This document shows positions 49,826 through 59,712 of a stretch of 64,000 bases of DNA, one piece after another. The notes below the pieces were generated by a model. The model was not told where the DNA came from. It did not search any database and saw nothing but the letters and a program-made list of their open reading frames with translations. Positions within the stretch are counted from its first letter, which is position 1, and each line of letters begins with the position of its first letter. Made by a program: the position numbers and the translations under genes. The DNA comes from an uncultured Spirochaetaceae bacterium (lineage in GTDB: Bacteria; Spirochaetota; Spirochaetia; SZUA-6; DRHE01), in NCBI GenBank assembly GCA_964389305.1, contig CAYMEK010000019.1:416-64415 (forward strand). Reading direction: 5' to 3'.

Positions 49826-51603
49826 TTGAGGAGGTCGTGGAAATCGGCGATAAGCTCCGAGGTGGTGCGTAGAATGCTCGCCAGAGTCTGGTTCTTTCCT
49901 TTGAAAAAGTGCAGCGTCTTCAGCACAGCCTTGATGCTCTCCACGGGACTCGAAAGCAGATCGTCGAATACCCTTTTTACAACGGTGAGGTACTCGATTC
50001 CCTGATCGATTAGCTGCCGCGCCTCCCGGTCCTTCTGGCCGATAAAGTTGCGATACATTTTTTGCTGGTTGAGATCCGTGGACAGCCGATGGCGCAGGCG
50101 TAGCAGTATCTTGCCGTCGTCTTCATCGGGGGCCAGCGCCCGGTCGAACAGCACGATCTTCGCTTCCAGCTCTTCCAGCCCGGCTGCCTGCTGATTGAGA
50201 CGGGTCTGAATAATCCGGTTTCCCGCCACCAGGTAGGTATTCACGATCTGAATGGCTTCCTGTATGTATCCTTTGTAGATCTTGGAAAGGTAGTTGTACA
50301 GCACCTTGAGGGATTTCGTATAACCGAAGTAGGGAAGATCGAGGGCTTCGTAGTCAAAGCTGGACTTCTCCAGATAGTAGAACATTTCGTAGAGCTGATT
50401 CGTCTTAAAGATAGCCTTGATTTTCTTCTCCACAACGCTCTTCTTTACCTGGACGATCCTGTCTTCCAGCTGCTCCAGAATGCGCTCGCGCAGGCAGGAG
50501 ATATATATGGGTTTAGCCTGGAAGCGCGGAACGTTGGATACCAGCCTGTAGTAGGGATCCTTGCGGAAGTAGCGGAGCAAATCGAAGACCGGCACCTTGT
50601 TCTCGAAGTCTCTTGCTGCATCCACCAGAGCGACCAGTGCGCTTGAAAGCTCAAACAGCTCCTGCTCCACTTCCTGGTATTCGGGCGCGAACGACTGTTC
50701 CTCGCCTATCTCGGCGCGTATTCTCTCCCCTATGTAGTAAGTGAAAAGCTCTTCGTGGCAGAACCATTCTACACCCAGGTTGTTGGCCAGACTGACCGCG
50801 TACCACAGCCTTTCTAGCTGCTCCAACATCAGCATGACCGACGCGTGGTTGAAGTATGGATATTTCTCGTCCAACATTCCGGCAGGCGGCTGGTAATTGA
50901 AATGGCGAAAAAAACCTGCGTAGGGAAACAGCACCAGGTTTTTGAGGTAGTTGAACGGCTTCAAGCCCTCCTGTATCTGGCGGACCAGTTTCTCGGGGAT
51001 CCTTTTGATGTACCCGTTGTACTTGCGCAGAAGGCTCTTCTTAACTTCATTCTCGTTTCCTGTATCGCGGAATATCTTTTCCATTTCTTCCAGGGGCAGG
51101 AAATCTTCCAGCCGGGTCTTGGCCTCTGGAAGCTTGCTGTCGAATAAATGAGTGATGGCCTGGCTGCGAAACTCCTGATCGGTGTGGAAAGAGTGAAACA
51201 CCTCTCGCAGTGGATAGGCGACCGAGTAGAGATCGAAAAATTGGCGGGCAAATTTCGGGGTCAGGTTGCGAGTTTCAAATCCAGTCAGCCCTGAGCTTTT
51301 CTGGCGTATCGCCCGCTTTAGCTGCTTGATCTTGAAATCTACAAACACATCACGTTTCGATTTGCCGCTGAACAGGCGCCTGAGCCAGAGAACGAAGCGG
51401 ACCCAGAGCGAAAGCTGCTGCATCTCCTCGCCGATCAGCCTCTCCCGCTCCGCCTGTTTGAGCTCGATCCGGCTGTACTCCCCCTTTCCTTCTCTATTCA
51501 GGGATCGGTGGATTTTCGCCAGCAGCTCGCGGCGTTCCCGTTCCGGCAGCTCGGAGGAGATCTCTTCCAGCTTCGTCTTTTCAAGCACCGCCTGCATCTC
51601 CAA
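49795..51603 (-). CDS. Conserved spirochaete helical protein (DUF5312-like)
   Basis: 602-aa helical ORF (L...ERRELLAKI, FPY..FF..F); family assignment from recalled resemblance only. Confidence 0.7.
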   Translation of the reverse strand: MEMQAVLEKTKLEEISSELPERERRELLAKIHRSLNREGKGEYSRIELKQAERERLIGEEMQQLSLWVRFVLWLRRLFSGKSKRDVFVDFKIKQLKRAIRQKSSGLTGFETRNLTPKFARQFFDLYSVAYPLREVFHSFHTDQEFRSQAITHLFDSKLPEAKTRLEDFLPLEEMEKIFRDTGNENEVKKSLLRKYNGYIKRIPEKLVRQIQEGLKPFNYLKNLVLFPYAGFFRHFNYQPPAGMLDEKYPYFNHASVMLMLEQLERLWYAVSLANNLGVEWFCHEELFTYYIGERIRAEIGEEQSFAPEYQEVEQELFELSSALVALVDAARDFENKVPVFDLLRYFRKDPYYRLVSNVPRFQAKPIYISCLRERILEQLEDRIVQVKKSVVEKKIKAIFKTNQLYEMFYYLEKSSFDYEALDLPYFGYTKSLKVLYNYLSKIYKGYIQEAIQIVNTYLVAGNRIIQTRLNQQAAGLEELEAKIVLFDRALAPDEDDGKILLRLRHRLSTDLNQQKMYRNFIGQKDREARQLIDQGIEYLTVVKRVFDDLLSSPVESIKAVLKTLHFFKGKNQTLASILRTTSELIADFHDLLNQLVDLEKGS

Positions 51604-52225
51604 TCGTGCGAACCATCAATAACCTGCCTTCCCGAACGAAAATCGTAGCGTTGTCCTCACTGAAGAGGTTGCTCACCCCCATGTCGCCGCGGCTCCATTG
51701 CAGCCCGTCGAGCGGCCATTTCAGTCCTCGTGAAGACATACCGCGAACCCCCGCTCCCAGAGGAAAGAACGAGACGGTCTGTCCCTTGCAGCCAATGACA
51801 ACCAGCTCGCCTTCAACGAGCTGAATATGCTCTTTCGAAGTGTACCACGCCTGGGGGGGATTCCCCCTCTCAAACAGGTTTACCAGCGCCAGCAGGTGAT
51901 CCAGCCTGCCGCCGCCGCCCCCTCCTATGATCACTCTGTCGAAGCCCATCTCTCCCAACAGGCGCATCCCGATCTCGGCATCGGTCTCGTCTTTGTCCGT
52001 CGGATATTGCCGGATTCTTTCATGGGGAAAGCGTTCCAGCTCCGCCGTGCGGGCGATGGAATCGAGGTCCCCGACCAGAAGGTCCGGTTGGAGTCCAAGC
52101 TCCAAAGCCAGGTCGAATCCGGAGTCTGCCGCGATCGTGCAGGCCACCGTGGAAAGAACCGGTTCCAGCAGCTCCCGCCGCGGGCCTTCGCCGCCGATCA
52201 GCAGCAGGGCGATTCCCTCTCCCAT
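51581..52225 (-). CDS. thiN: Thiamine pyrophosphokinase
   Basis: IAADSG, VGDLDS, KDETD, GGRLDH, GLKWPL, GVSN. Start refined to ATG 52225. Confidence 0.93.
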   Translation of the reverse strand: MGEGIALLLIGGEGPRRELLEPVLSTVACTIAADSGFDLALELGLQPDLLVGDLDSIARTAELERFPHERIRQYPTDKDETDAEIGMRLLGEMGFDRVIIGGGGGGRLDHLLALVNLFERGNPPQAWYTSKEHIQLVEGELVVIGCKGQTVSFFPLGAGVRGMSSRGLKWPLDGLQWSRGDMGVSNLFSEDNATIFVREGRLLMVRTIGDAGGA

Positions 52226-52389
52226 ACTGCTGGAAATCTTAGCGCCTTTGCCGGCGATTTGCAACCTGACGACACGCTTCAAGGCTGAAAGAAACTGCTT
52301 TGAAATTTTTTAAATCTACCGACTAGTATAGCAAGAGCCCCGGGCAGCAATGCGCGGTGCGCCACTTCGGGTCGGCACGCCCGGAGGAT

Positions 52390-52437
52390 CCCGGACAGGG
52401 AAGTCCGGGTAAATGTTCAATCAAGGAGGATTGAATG
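52390..52437 (+). promoter_or_regulatory. Two GGA-loop hairpins in the flagellin leader (CsrA-type sites)
   Basis: CCCGGAC-AGGGAA-GTCCGGG and TTCAATC-AAGGAG-GATTGAA; the second covers the SD and the A of the ATG. Confidence 0.75.
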
Positions 52438-53307
52438 ATTATCAATCACAACATGAGTGCCATGTTTGCCCACCGTCAGGAGAAGTTCAATTCTTGGGCA
52501 ATCGACAAGGACATGGAGAAGCTCTCCTCGGGCCTGCGGATCAACCGCGCCGGAGACGACGCCTCCGGCCTGGCCGTATCCGAGAAGATGCGCGCCCAGA
52601 TCAGCGGCCTGCAGCGGGCGGAGAAGAATGCCCTCGACGGTATTTCTTTCATCCAAACCGCCGAGGGCTATCTCCAGGAGACCTCGGACATCCTGCAGCG
52701 CATCCGTGAGCTGGCTGTCCAGGCAGCCAACGGGATCTACTCCGACGAGGATCGCATGCAGATCCAGGTAGAGGTCTCCGCCATGATCGACGAGGTGAAC
52801 CGTATCGCCTCCCATGCCCAGTTCAACGGCATGAACCTCCTGACCGGACGTTTCGCCCGCTTTACCGGGGAGAACGTGGTAACGGCCAGTATGTGGCTGC
52901 ACATCGGGGCCAACATGGACCAGCGCGAGCGGCTGTACATCGGCACGATGACCGCTCAAGGGTTGGGGCTGCAGAACCCCAACGGACCCCCGCACACGGC
53001 CACCTTCATCTCGATCTCTTCACCCGACCGGGCCAATATGACCATCGGCATGGTGGACGAGGCCTTGAAGCTGGTGAACAAGCAACGGGCGGACATGGGA
53101 GCGTACCAGAACCGCCTGGAGCATGCCATGAAAGGTCTGGCCGTGGGCGCCGAAAACATGCAGGCCTCCGAGTCCAGGATTCGGGACGCCGACATGGCCT
53201 ACCAGATGGTCCAATTCGTAAAGGACCAGATCCTTCTGCAGTCCTCCATGGCCATGCTCGCGCAGGCCAACGTCAAGCCGCAGACGGTGCTCGAGCTGCT
53301 GCGTTAG
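52435..53307 (+). CDS. flaB: Flagellar filament core protein FlaB
   Basis: [53 protein letters not shown]; 290 aa with no variable domain, typical of spirochaete FlaB. Confidence 0.97.
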   Translation: MIINHNMSAMFAHRQEKFNSWAIDKDMEKLSSGLRINRAGDDASGLAVSEKMRAQISGLQRAEKNALDGISFIQTAEGYLQETSDILQRIRELAVQAANGIYSDEDRMQIQVEVSAMIDEVNRIASHAQFNGMNLLTGRFARFTGENVVTASMWLHIGANMDQRERLYIGTMTAQGLGLQNPNGPPHTATFISISSPDRANMTIGMVDEALKLVNKQRADMGAYQNRLEHAMKGLAVGAENMQASESRIRDADMAYQMVQFVKDQILLQSSMAMLAQANVKPQTVLELLR

Positions 53308-53343
53308 GCGCTCCGCCGACGTCCAGTGCGGCTATGACAAGCG

Positions 53344-53375
53344 AACCCCCGGGAAAGGCAACCCGGGGGTTTTTT
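53344..53375 (+). terminator. Intrinsic terminator of flaB
   Basis: AACCCCCGGG-AAAGGCAA-CCCGGGGGTT followed by TTTT. Confidence 0.9.
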
Positions 53376-53379
53376 GTCT

Positions 53380-54138
53380 CTACAATCGCTTCACGGGATC
53401 CTGGCGATAAAATCGTGACAGCAGATCGTATACGGCGGAATATTCGCTTTTTAGATGACGGGGACGCTCGAAGAACAGCTCGCTGAGCACGGCGAAGAAC
53501 TCCCCAGGGCTTTCCAAGGCGTAGGGGTCGATGGCTGTCCGCAGCCCCTTGCGCAGGCGGCGTTCCAGGTCCCGAAAGGCCGCGGTGAACGTTTCCTGCC
53601 ACGATGTGGCGCTCATCTCCGCATGCAGTGCCGGACGCCCGTTGATCGCACCGTCCAGCAAATCGAGCCGGTGGGCCGCTTCGTGGATTACCACGTTGAA
53701 ACCGTCCGCCCAACCGGAAGCTTCCACATCTTCCCAGGACAAAACAACCGGACCCTTGTTCCAGGACTGGCCGCTGTCCACTTCCTTCCACTCGTGAATC
53801 ACGCCGGCCCGATCGACCTGCCGCCTCTGTTGGGGAAAATGCCTGGGCACCATGACGATCGTTTTCCAGTTCCTGTACCAGCTCAAGCCCAGGTTCAGAA
53901 TAGGCAGGCAGGCCTGTACCGCTACGACCGCTTTCATCGATTCGAACAGCTTCAGGTTGTCCGCAGCCTCGAACGTTTTCTTCTCGATGAACAAAACAAC
54001 CAGATCTTTCAGGCGTTCGAGCTCCTCTGCGTCCAGACCGGAGAGAATAGGATGATGCTCAAGCAGCCAGAGCCAGTCCTCTTCGATCAGGTTCGTGACC
54101 ACGAGATGCCGACGTCGGGTTGGCCGGAAAACACCCAT
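53380..54138 (-). CDS. MtfA-like zinc-dependent peptidase (M90)
   Basis: QACLPILNL, GPVVLSW, NVVIHEAAHRLD, IDPYA..PGEFFAV.SE.FFE.P, FYRQDP. Confidence 0.92.
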   Translation of the reverse strand: MGVFRPTRRRHLVVTNLIEEDWLWLLEHHPILSGLDAEELERLKDLVVLFIEKKTFEAADNLKLFESMKAVVAVQACLPILNLGLSWYRNWKTIVMVPRHFPQQRRQVDRAGVIHEWKEVDSGQSWNKGPVVLSWEDVEASGWADGFNVVIHEAAHRLDLLDGAINGRPALHAEMSATSWQETFTAAFRDLERRLRKGLRTAIDPYALESPGEFFAVLSELFFERPRHLKSEYSAVYDLLSRFYRQDPVKRL

Positions 54139-54478
54139 TTCAATCAGGCCTGTTAAAGCTCGATCTGCGTGTCCGGCTCCACCACCCTGTTGGGAGGAAG
54201 CCGGTACTAGTTGTTGCTCTGATTATGCCCACGATACCGCCCCTTTTATGCCGAGTCAAGCAAAAGCATTCTCCCTTGCTCACATCGGCAGCCGTCATTA
54301 TGGTGAGAACCATTGATCAAAAGCCGGCTATGGCATTCGGGGACCGAGGAGCCTATGATTATGGATAGCCTCTCGGCCGCAGGCCATTGCACTCTGCGGG
54401 TTTTTCCCCTATTCTCATCTTATTAGCGAAGCCGTGCCGGCGGGCACGGCGGATACACTAACAAAGAAAGGACAGGAT

Positions 54479-55264
54479 ATGAAGAAAGCTCTTTTAATCG
54501 GGCTCGCCGCATTGCTGGCCGCAAGCCTCTCCGCCCAGGCGAAGCTTCCGGACCTGAAAGGTCGCACTATTCACGCCGTCACGGAGAACGCCTATACACC
54601 GTTGAACTTCATCGATCCGAAGACCGGGAAGGCGATGGGCTGGGAATACGATGCGGTCAATAAGATCGCCAGGCGGCTCAACGCCAGGGTCCGGTGGTAC
54701 GTCTGTTCCTGGGATACGATGATCCAGGCCGTACGCGAGGGCCAGTACGACGTGGGCATGGACGGGATCACCATCACAGACGAACGCAAAAAGCAGGTCG
54801 ACTTCTCCGATCCCTACATGGTGAGCCAGCAGTTCATGCTGGTTCGGAAAGACGAAACGCGCTTCGAGAACGCTGCGGAGTTTGCCGCCGATCCCAAGCT
54901 GCTGATCGGCTCCCAGGCCGGCACCACCAACTTCTACGTGGCGGTGTACAACGTGCTCGACGGCGACGAGAGCAATCCGCGCATCAAGCTCTTCGAAACC
55001 TTCGGCGCGGCGGTCCAGGCTCTGCTGGCCAGGGATGTGGACTGCGTTCTGATGGACGCCGCTTCCGGCAGGGGCTACATCGGGGCGAATCCGGAGAAGT
55101 TGAAGATCGTGGGCGAGCCCCTGGGCACCGAATACTTCGGTTTCATTTTTACCCCGGGCTCCGAGCTGGTCGCTCCCTTCAACGCGGCGATCAAGAACAT
55201 GAGGGACGACGGGACCCTGGAGAAGCTCAACACCAAGTGGTTCTTCGAGTACAACGCGCAGTAG
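54479..55264 (+). CDS. Polar amino-acid ABC transporter substrate-binding protein
   Basis: Signal peptide, [49 protein letters not shown]. Confidence 0.92.
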   Translation: MKKALLIGLAALLAASLSAQAKLPDLKGRTIHAVTENAYTPLNFIDPKTGKAMGWEYDAVNKIARRLNARVRWYVCSWDTMIQAVREGQYDVGMDGITITDERKKQVDFSDPYMVSQQFMLVRKDETRFENAAEFAADPKLLIGSQAGTTNFYVAVYNVLDGDESNPRIKLFETFGAAVQALLARDVDCVLMDAASGRGYIGANPEKLKIVGEPLGTEYFGFIFTPGSELVAPFNAAIKNMRDDGTLEKLNTKWFFEYNAQ

Positions 55265-55274
55265 GAAAGATCCG

Positions 55275-56117
55275 CTGAAAGCACAGCCCCGCGGGCAACG
55301 GCTCATCCCTTTAGCCGGCCGCCTGGAAAGGCTACCCTTCTGGCTGCTCGCAGTGATCCTGCTGGGAGTGGTCCTGATCTGGAGCATCGCCAGCCGCGGC
55401 GATTACCGCCTCATCTTCCGGGCTACGGCTAAGGGACTGCTCACCACGCTCTGGGTCTCCCTGACCGCCTTTTTCTTCGCTGTGCTCGTGGGGCTGCTCC
55501 TCGGGCTTTGCCGGGTCTCCCCCGCACGGGCGGTGCGGGAGTTCGCCACCTTCTGGGTGGAGATCGTTCGGGGCGTCCCCATGCTGGTCATCCTTTATTA
55601 CATCGCCTTTATCGGGGCTCCCGCTCTGGTGGAGGCGGTGAATGTCCTGCTCGCCCCCCTGGTGTCGGCGGGACTCGCCCGTCCCCTCAACATTCGCAGC
55701 CTCACTTTCACGGGCCGGGCGATCCTGGCCCTGACCATCGGCTACGGGGCTTTCATCTCCGAGATCTTCCGGGCCGGCATCGAGTCGATCCACAAAGGGC
55801 AGTGGGAGGCTGCCTACGCCCTGGGCCTGCGCAGGGGACAGGTGATGAGGCATATCATCCTGCCCCAGGCCGTGAAAAACGTGCTTCCTCCGATCGGCAA
55901 CGAGCTGGTGGCCATGATCAAGGACTCCGCCCTGGTCAGCGCTCTGGGAGTACAGGATATCACCCAGATGGGCAAGGTCTACGCGGCCAGCACCTTCAAA
56001 TTTTTCGAGACCTACAACGTGGTCGCTTTCCTCTACCTGTTCATGACCATCAGTCTCTCCATGTTCGTGCGGCTCCTCGAGGAGAGAATGAAAAAGGGAC
56101 ATACGTCCCACAACTAA
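55275..56117 (+). CDS. Amino-acid ABC transporter permease (HisM/GlnP family)
   Basis: [42 protein letters not shown]. The frame is open from CTG 55275 (after TAGGA); the first GTG is at 55353. Confidence 0.9.
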   Translation: MKAQPRGQRLIPLAGRLERLPFWLLAVILLGVVLIWSIASRGDYRLIFRATAKGLLTTLWVSLTAFFFAVLVGLLLGLCRVSPARAVREFATFWVEIVRGVPMLVILYYIAFIGAPALVEAVNVLLAPLVSAGLARPLNIRSLTFTGRAILALTIGYGAFISEIFRAGIESIHKGQWEAAYALGLRRGQVMRHIILPQAVKNVLPPIGNELVAMIKDSALVSALGVQDITQMGKVYAASTFKFFETYNVVAFLYLFMTISLSMFVRLLEERMKKGHTSHN

Positions 56118-56164
56118 AGGTCGCCAGGACGCCAAACCCAGGAGATGAGAATCGATCTTGTCTG

Positions 56165-56914
56165 CTAGAGGCAATCACGAAGGATCTCGCGTGTCTGCAG
56201 CGCCTCTCGGTAGTCGTCCAGCTCGATCGTCCACCAACGGCACGCGGTTTTGGTAAGCCGCTCCACGATCGGCTGGCAATCTTCGGCTCTCCGGATCGGG
56301 TAATGCCTGTCCTGCTCGGTTCCGTAAAGGTGAGCTTCCCAGACATGATCCGCCACCAAATCCAGGAACTCCAGCGCGCTATACGCTCCGCTGGTCGCGA
56401 TCTGGCTGGATACCGCATGGCCGGCGTCAAAGGTGATTCGCGCTCCCGATTCGGAGGCCCAGGCGAGAAGCGTATTGGGATTACTGGAGGGCCCGCGGCG
56501 GAGGTTCTCGAGACAGACCGTGATTCCGAGCCCGAGACCGTACTCGACTAACCGGCTAAGATTTTCCAGCACCCGCCGGGGCTCGATTTCCACGTTGAGG
56601 TCGAGACCGACATGAACGGTGATAACGGGCTCGCCGTGACCCTCCAATGTTTCCAGGGCCCTCTTGTGTAGATCGAGCGCTTTCTCTGCCAGCCCGGAAT
56701 CGGGATGGCCCAGCTCGTAGCCGGGAAAAAATCCATGGTAGCGAACCGACACGCCCCTGGCCAGAAACGGATCGACGTGTCCCGGCAGCTTAGCGATGTC
56801 CTCAGGATCGGGAGTATACTCCAGATTGAAGCCATGCTCGGCAATCCAGTGAAAACGCTGCGGAAAGGTATTCCACCGGGCCGACAGGGCAATGGCAATC
56901 GGGCTATTCGGCAT
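56165..56914 (-). CDS. Xylose-isomerase-like TIM-barrel protein (sugar phosphate isomerase/epimerase family)
   Basis: YHG, TVHVG, CLENL, TFDAGHA, AHLY, WTIEL metal-ligand pattern. Start at ATG 56914. Confidence 0.82.
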   Translation of the reverse strand: MPNSPIAIALSARWNTFPQRFHWIAEHGFNLEYTPDPEDIAKLPGHVDPFLARGVSVRYHGFFPGYELGHPDSGLAEKALDLHKRALETLEGHGEPVITVHVGLDLNVEIEPRRVLENLSRLVEYGLGLGITVCLENLRRGPSSNPNTLLAWASESGARITFDAGHAVSSQIATSGAYSALEFLDLVADHVWEAHLYGTEQDRHYPIRRAEDCQPIVERLTKTACRWWTIELDDYREALQTREILRDCL

Positions 56915-58016
56915 GGTGCGGTCTCCCGGACGGCTGCTCGGTTTCAAGCCTTCGCCCGCCTTCGCTCTTCTCATCGAACAGGGTGAGGTCCCGCCAGTCC
57001 AGCCCCAGACTCACCGGATCCCCCTTTCCGAACACCGCCCTGGGAGCGGGAACCTCTACGCTCACTTCCGAGGTCTGCGCTGCGCCGGCTATCCGGACAC
57101 GATAGCGAACCAAGGAGCCGTGGTAGGACAGGTCCGCCACCTTCCCTCGGAGGCCGGGGACTCGAGGTCGATCGATGGTAAAGCGCTCGGGACGCACCGC
57201 GCATAGCACCTCCCCTTCTCCCATCGTGAAATCGACCGGTACGGGAAAGCGCCCTCCCAACATGAGAAGGTGCTGATCTATGATCTTCGCCCGTATAAGG
57301 TTGATCCGCCCTATGAAGTCCGCCACGAAACTCGAGGCCGGGCGTTCATAGATATCCCGGGGCGTCCCCGTCTGCTCCACCGCCCCCTCATTGATCACCA
57401 CGATTCGATCGGCTAGGCTGACCGCTTCTTCCTGATCGTGCGTGACATAGATCGTGGTGAGATTCAGGACCCTCTGGATACGTACGATCTCCCGGCGCAT
57501 ATCGATCCGCAGCCGGGCGTCCAGGTTGGAAAGCGGCTCGTCGAGCAGAAGAAGGCGGGGCTCGATTACCAGCGCCCGGGCCAGGGCGACCCGCTGCTGC
57601 TGTCCCCCGGACAATTCGTGGACACGACGCTGCCCGTAGCCGCCGAGACGCACCATCTGCAAGACCTCATTCACCCGATCGTACAGCTCCCGCCTGGCGA
57701 CCCGGCGTCGCCTCAGCCCATAGGCCACGTTTTCAAAGACATCGAGATGGGGAAACAGAGCGTAGCTCTGAAAGACCAGACCTAGATTACGCTTTCCTGG
57801 AGGAAGATCGGTGACTTCCCGGCCGCCCAACCATACGGAACCTCGATCCGGCGGCAGCAGACCATCGATGATTTTCAGGACAGTCGTCTTTCCGCATCCG
57901 GACGGCCCCAGCAGGCAGCACAACTGCCCCTTGAGCACCGTGAAGGAGAGGTCTCTGAGAACAGGCGGGCCTCCGTAGCTCTTGCAGAGGCTGCGAATCT
58001 CGAGATCCGGCTTCAT
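56904..58016 (-). CDS. ABC transporter ATP-binding protein (FbpC/PotA class)
   Basis: GPSGCGKT, FQSYALFPH, LSGGQQQR, LLLDEP, YVTHD, C-terminal TOBE domain. Confidence 0.93.
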   Translation of the reverse strand: MKPDLEIRSLCKSYGGPPVLRDLSFTVLKGQLCCLLGPSGCGKTTVLKIIDGLLPPDRGSVWLGGREVTDLPPGKRNLGLVFQSYALFPHLDVFENVAYGLRRRRVARRELYDRVNEVLQMVRLGGYGQRRVHELSGGQQQRVALARALVIEPRLLLLDEPLSNLDARLRIDMRREIVRIQRVLNLTTIYVTHDQEEAVSLADRIVVINEGAVEQTGTPRDIYERPASSFVADFIGRINLIRAKIIDQHLLMLGGRFPVPVDFTMGEGEVLCAVRPERFTIDRPRVPGLRGKVADLSYHGSLVRYRVRIAGAAQTSEVSVEVPAPRAVFGKGDPVSLGLDWRDLTLFDEKSEGGRRLETEQPSGRPHHAE

Positions 58017-59665
58017 CTGGCGAGCACTCCGCGGATCCATGCCGGCGCACCGCTTTTGCGGAAAGCCGCGAAAATCGCTCCTACACCGAGCGCGGCCAGA
58101 ACGATCATGAGCAGCGAGAGCGCCGCAGCGTCCCCGATATCGGATCTGTAAATGGCTTCGAAGACATCGACGGACAGCACCTTATTCCGTGGATTGATCA
58201 CGAAGATGATCGCGCCCACCGTCTGAACGGTCGACACGAAGGCGTACAGAGCGCTGACCACGAGCGCCGGCCGGGCCAAAGGCATCACGATTCTGAAAAA
58301 CGTGGTGATCCGTGCGGCGCCCAGGCTCTCGGAGGCCTCTTCGATAGCCCGGTCCTGCTGGCTCAATACGCTGACACCGGCTCTGACACCGAGGGGTAAC
58401 TCCCGGATGACGGTCACGGCGATCACGATTGTCCAACTTCCCGTCAAAAGCAGCGGCGGCCTGCTAAACGCCAGGGCGAAACCCACGCCCATCAACGTAC
58501 CGGGAATGGCAAACGGCAGGGTAGCAAGCAGGTCGAGCAACCAGCGACCCCTGAAACGCGTTCGCGTTACCAGATAGGCCACGGTCAAGCCCAGCAGGCT
58601 CATCACCACGCTCGTCACCGTGGCGAAGAGGAGGGTATTGAGAGTGCTGTTCCAACCGCGTTGCGGTAGAATGCGAAAGTGCTCCAGGGTCAAAGCGAAA
58701 TCACCCCCCAGATGGCGGGTGAAGGCGGCCAGAAAGACCGACAGCAGCAAGCTCAGCACAACCAGGGAGAAGAAAAGACCGATGATCCACATCTGGGCCT
58801 GTATCGGAGCGGGAAGGGCCAGAGCTTTAAGCTTCTCCTCCGCAGCAATCGTTCTGACCCGTGTGGAGGCGAGCTGGATTCGTGTATAGGCAAAAAAGAC
58901 AATTAAGCTGAAAACCAGCAGAACCGCGTTCAGAGTCGCGGCCATTTCCATGTCATAGGTGCCGATCAACTGGATGTAGGAGGCCGAAGCCAGGGTGTCG
59001 AATTTCCCACCCAGAATCAGGGGGGTGCCGAAATCGGCGATCGAGCGGAGAAAGGTCAAAAGCAGGGCGCCTACAATACCCGGTCGGATCAGAGGCAGTG
59101 TCACGGTGGACAATACCTCCAACTCGCTGGAACCGAGACTGCGGGCCGCGTCTTCCACCCGGCCGTCGACTCCGACCAAGACGGCGGATATCATCAGAAA
59201 GCCGATGGCGGTAAAATCCAGGGTTTGGATGATAAGCACACTCTTCCAGCTATAGATATCCCAACTCCAGCCCAGCAGTCTGTAGGTGATCAATCCGTTT
59301 CGGCCGAACAGAAAGATATAGGACAAGGTTGAAACGAATCCGGGGATGATCATCGGTATCACGGCACAGAAGGCAAAAAGCCCGCGAAGGGGTAGCCGCG
59401 TCCTGAAAACCGTAAGCGAAAGGATCAAACCCAGGGTGGTAGACCATACCGACACCGCTGCGCCTACAAGAAGGCTGCCCCAAACCGCGCTGTAAAAGCG
59501 GCGCTGGGTAAAAACCGAGATGTAGCTGCCGAAGCTCGGTCTGCCCTCTACGCCTAAGCTTGCGACCAGAACGCTCAGAGTCGGATAGACAACGAAAACC
59601 ACCAGGACACCTAAAAGAATCAGGGGGAGCAAGTGGTTTTCCCTACGTACCTGGTCTGCGGGCAT
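58013..59665 (-). CDS. ABC permease with duplicated TM domains (FbpB/AfuB class)
   Basis: Two EAA loops (VEDAARSLG, IEEASESLGA), ADFGTPLILGG, PFAIPGT. Confidence 0.92.
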   Translation of the reverse strand: MPADQVRRENHLLPLILLGVLVVFVVYPTLSVLVASLGVEGRPSFGSYISVFTQRRFYSAVWGSLLVGAAVSVWSTTLGLILSLTVFRTRLPLRGLFAFCAVIPMIIPGFVSTLSYIFLFGRNGLITYRLLGWSWDIYSWKSVLIIQTLDFTAIGFLMISAVLVGVDGRVEDAARSLGSSELEVLSTVTLPLIRPGIVGALLLTFLRSIADFGTPLILGGKFDTLASASYIQLIGTYDMEMAATLNAVLLVFSLIVFFAYTRIQLASTRVRTIAAEEKLKALALPAPIQAQMWIIGLFFSLVVLSLLLSVFLAAFTRHLGGDFALTLEHFRILPQRGWNSTLNTLLFATVTSVVMSLLGLTVAYLVTRTRFRGRWLLDLLATLPFAIPGTLMGVGFALAFSRPPLLLTGSWTIVIAVTVIRELPLGVRAGVSVLSQQDRAIEEASESLGAARITTFFRIVMPLARPALVVSALYAFVSTVQTVGAIIFVINPRNKVLSVDVFEAIYRSDIGDAAALSLLMIVLAALGVGAIFAAFRKSGAPAWIRGVLAR

Positions 59666-59712
59666 GAGCGAATAAGCGGCCGGTCAGTCTGATACCGGCG
59701 GTAAAAAACAAC

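Noticed and set aside
54170-54200. T-box antiterminator (AACAGGGTGGT, minus strand) or tRNA/tmRNA 3'-end att remnant (GGCTCCACCA, plus strand)
   Set aside because: The UGGNACC bulge and stem I are missing; there is no T-arm before CTCCACCA and no integrase nearby.
54326-54370. Fluoride or glutamine (glnA) riboswitch
   Set aside because: The resemblance is superficial: the fluoride P1 and pseudoknot pairings and the glnA CGUU/AACG stem with E-loop are absent.
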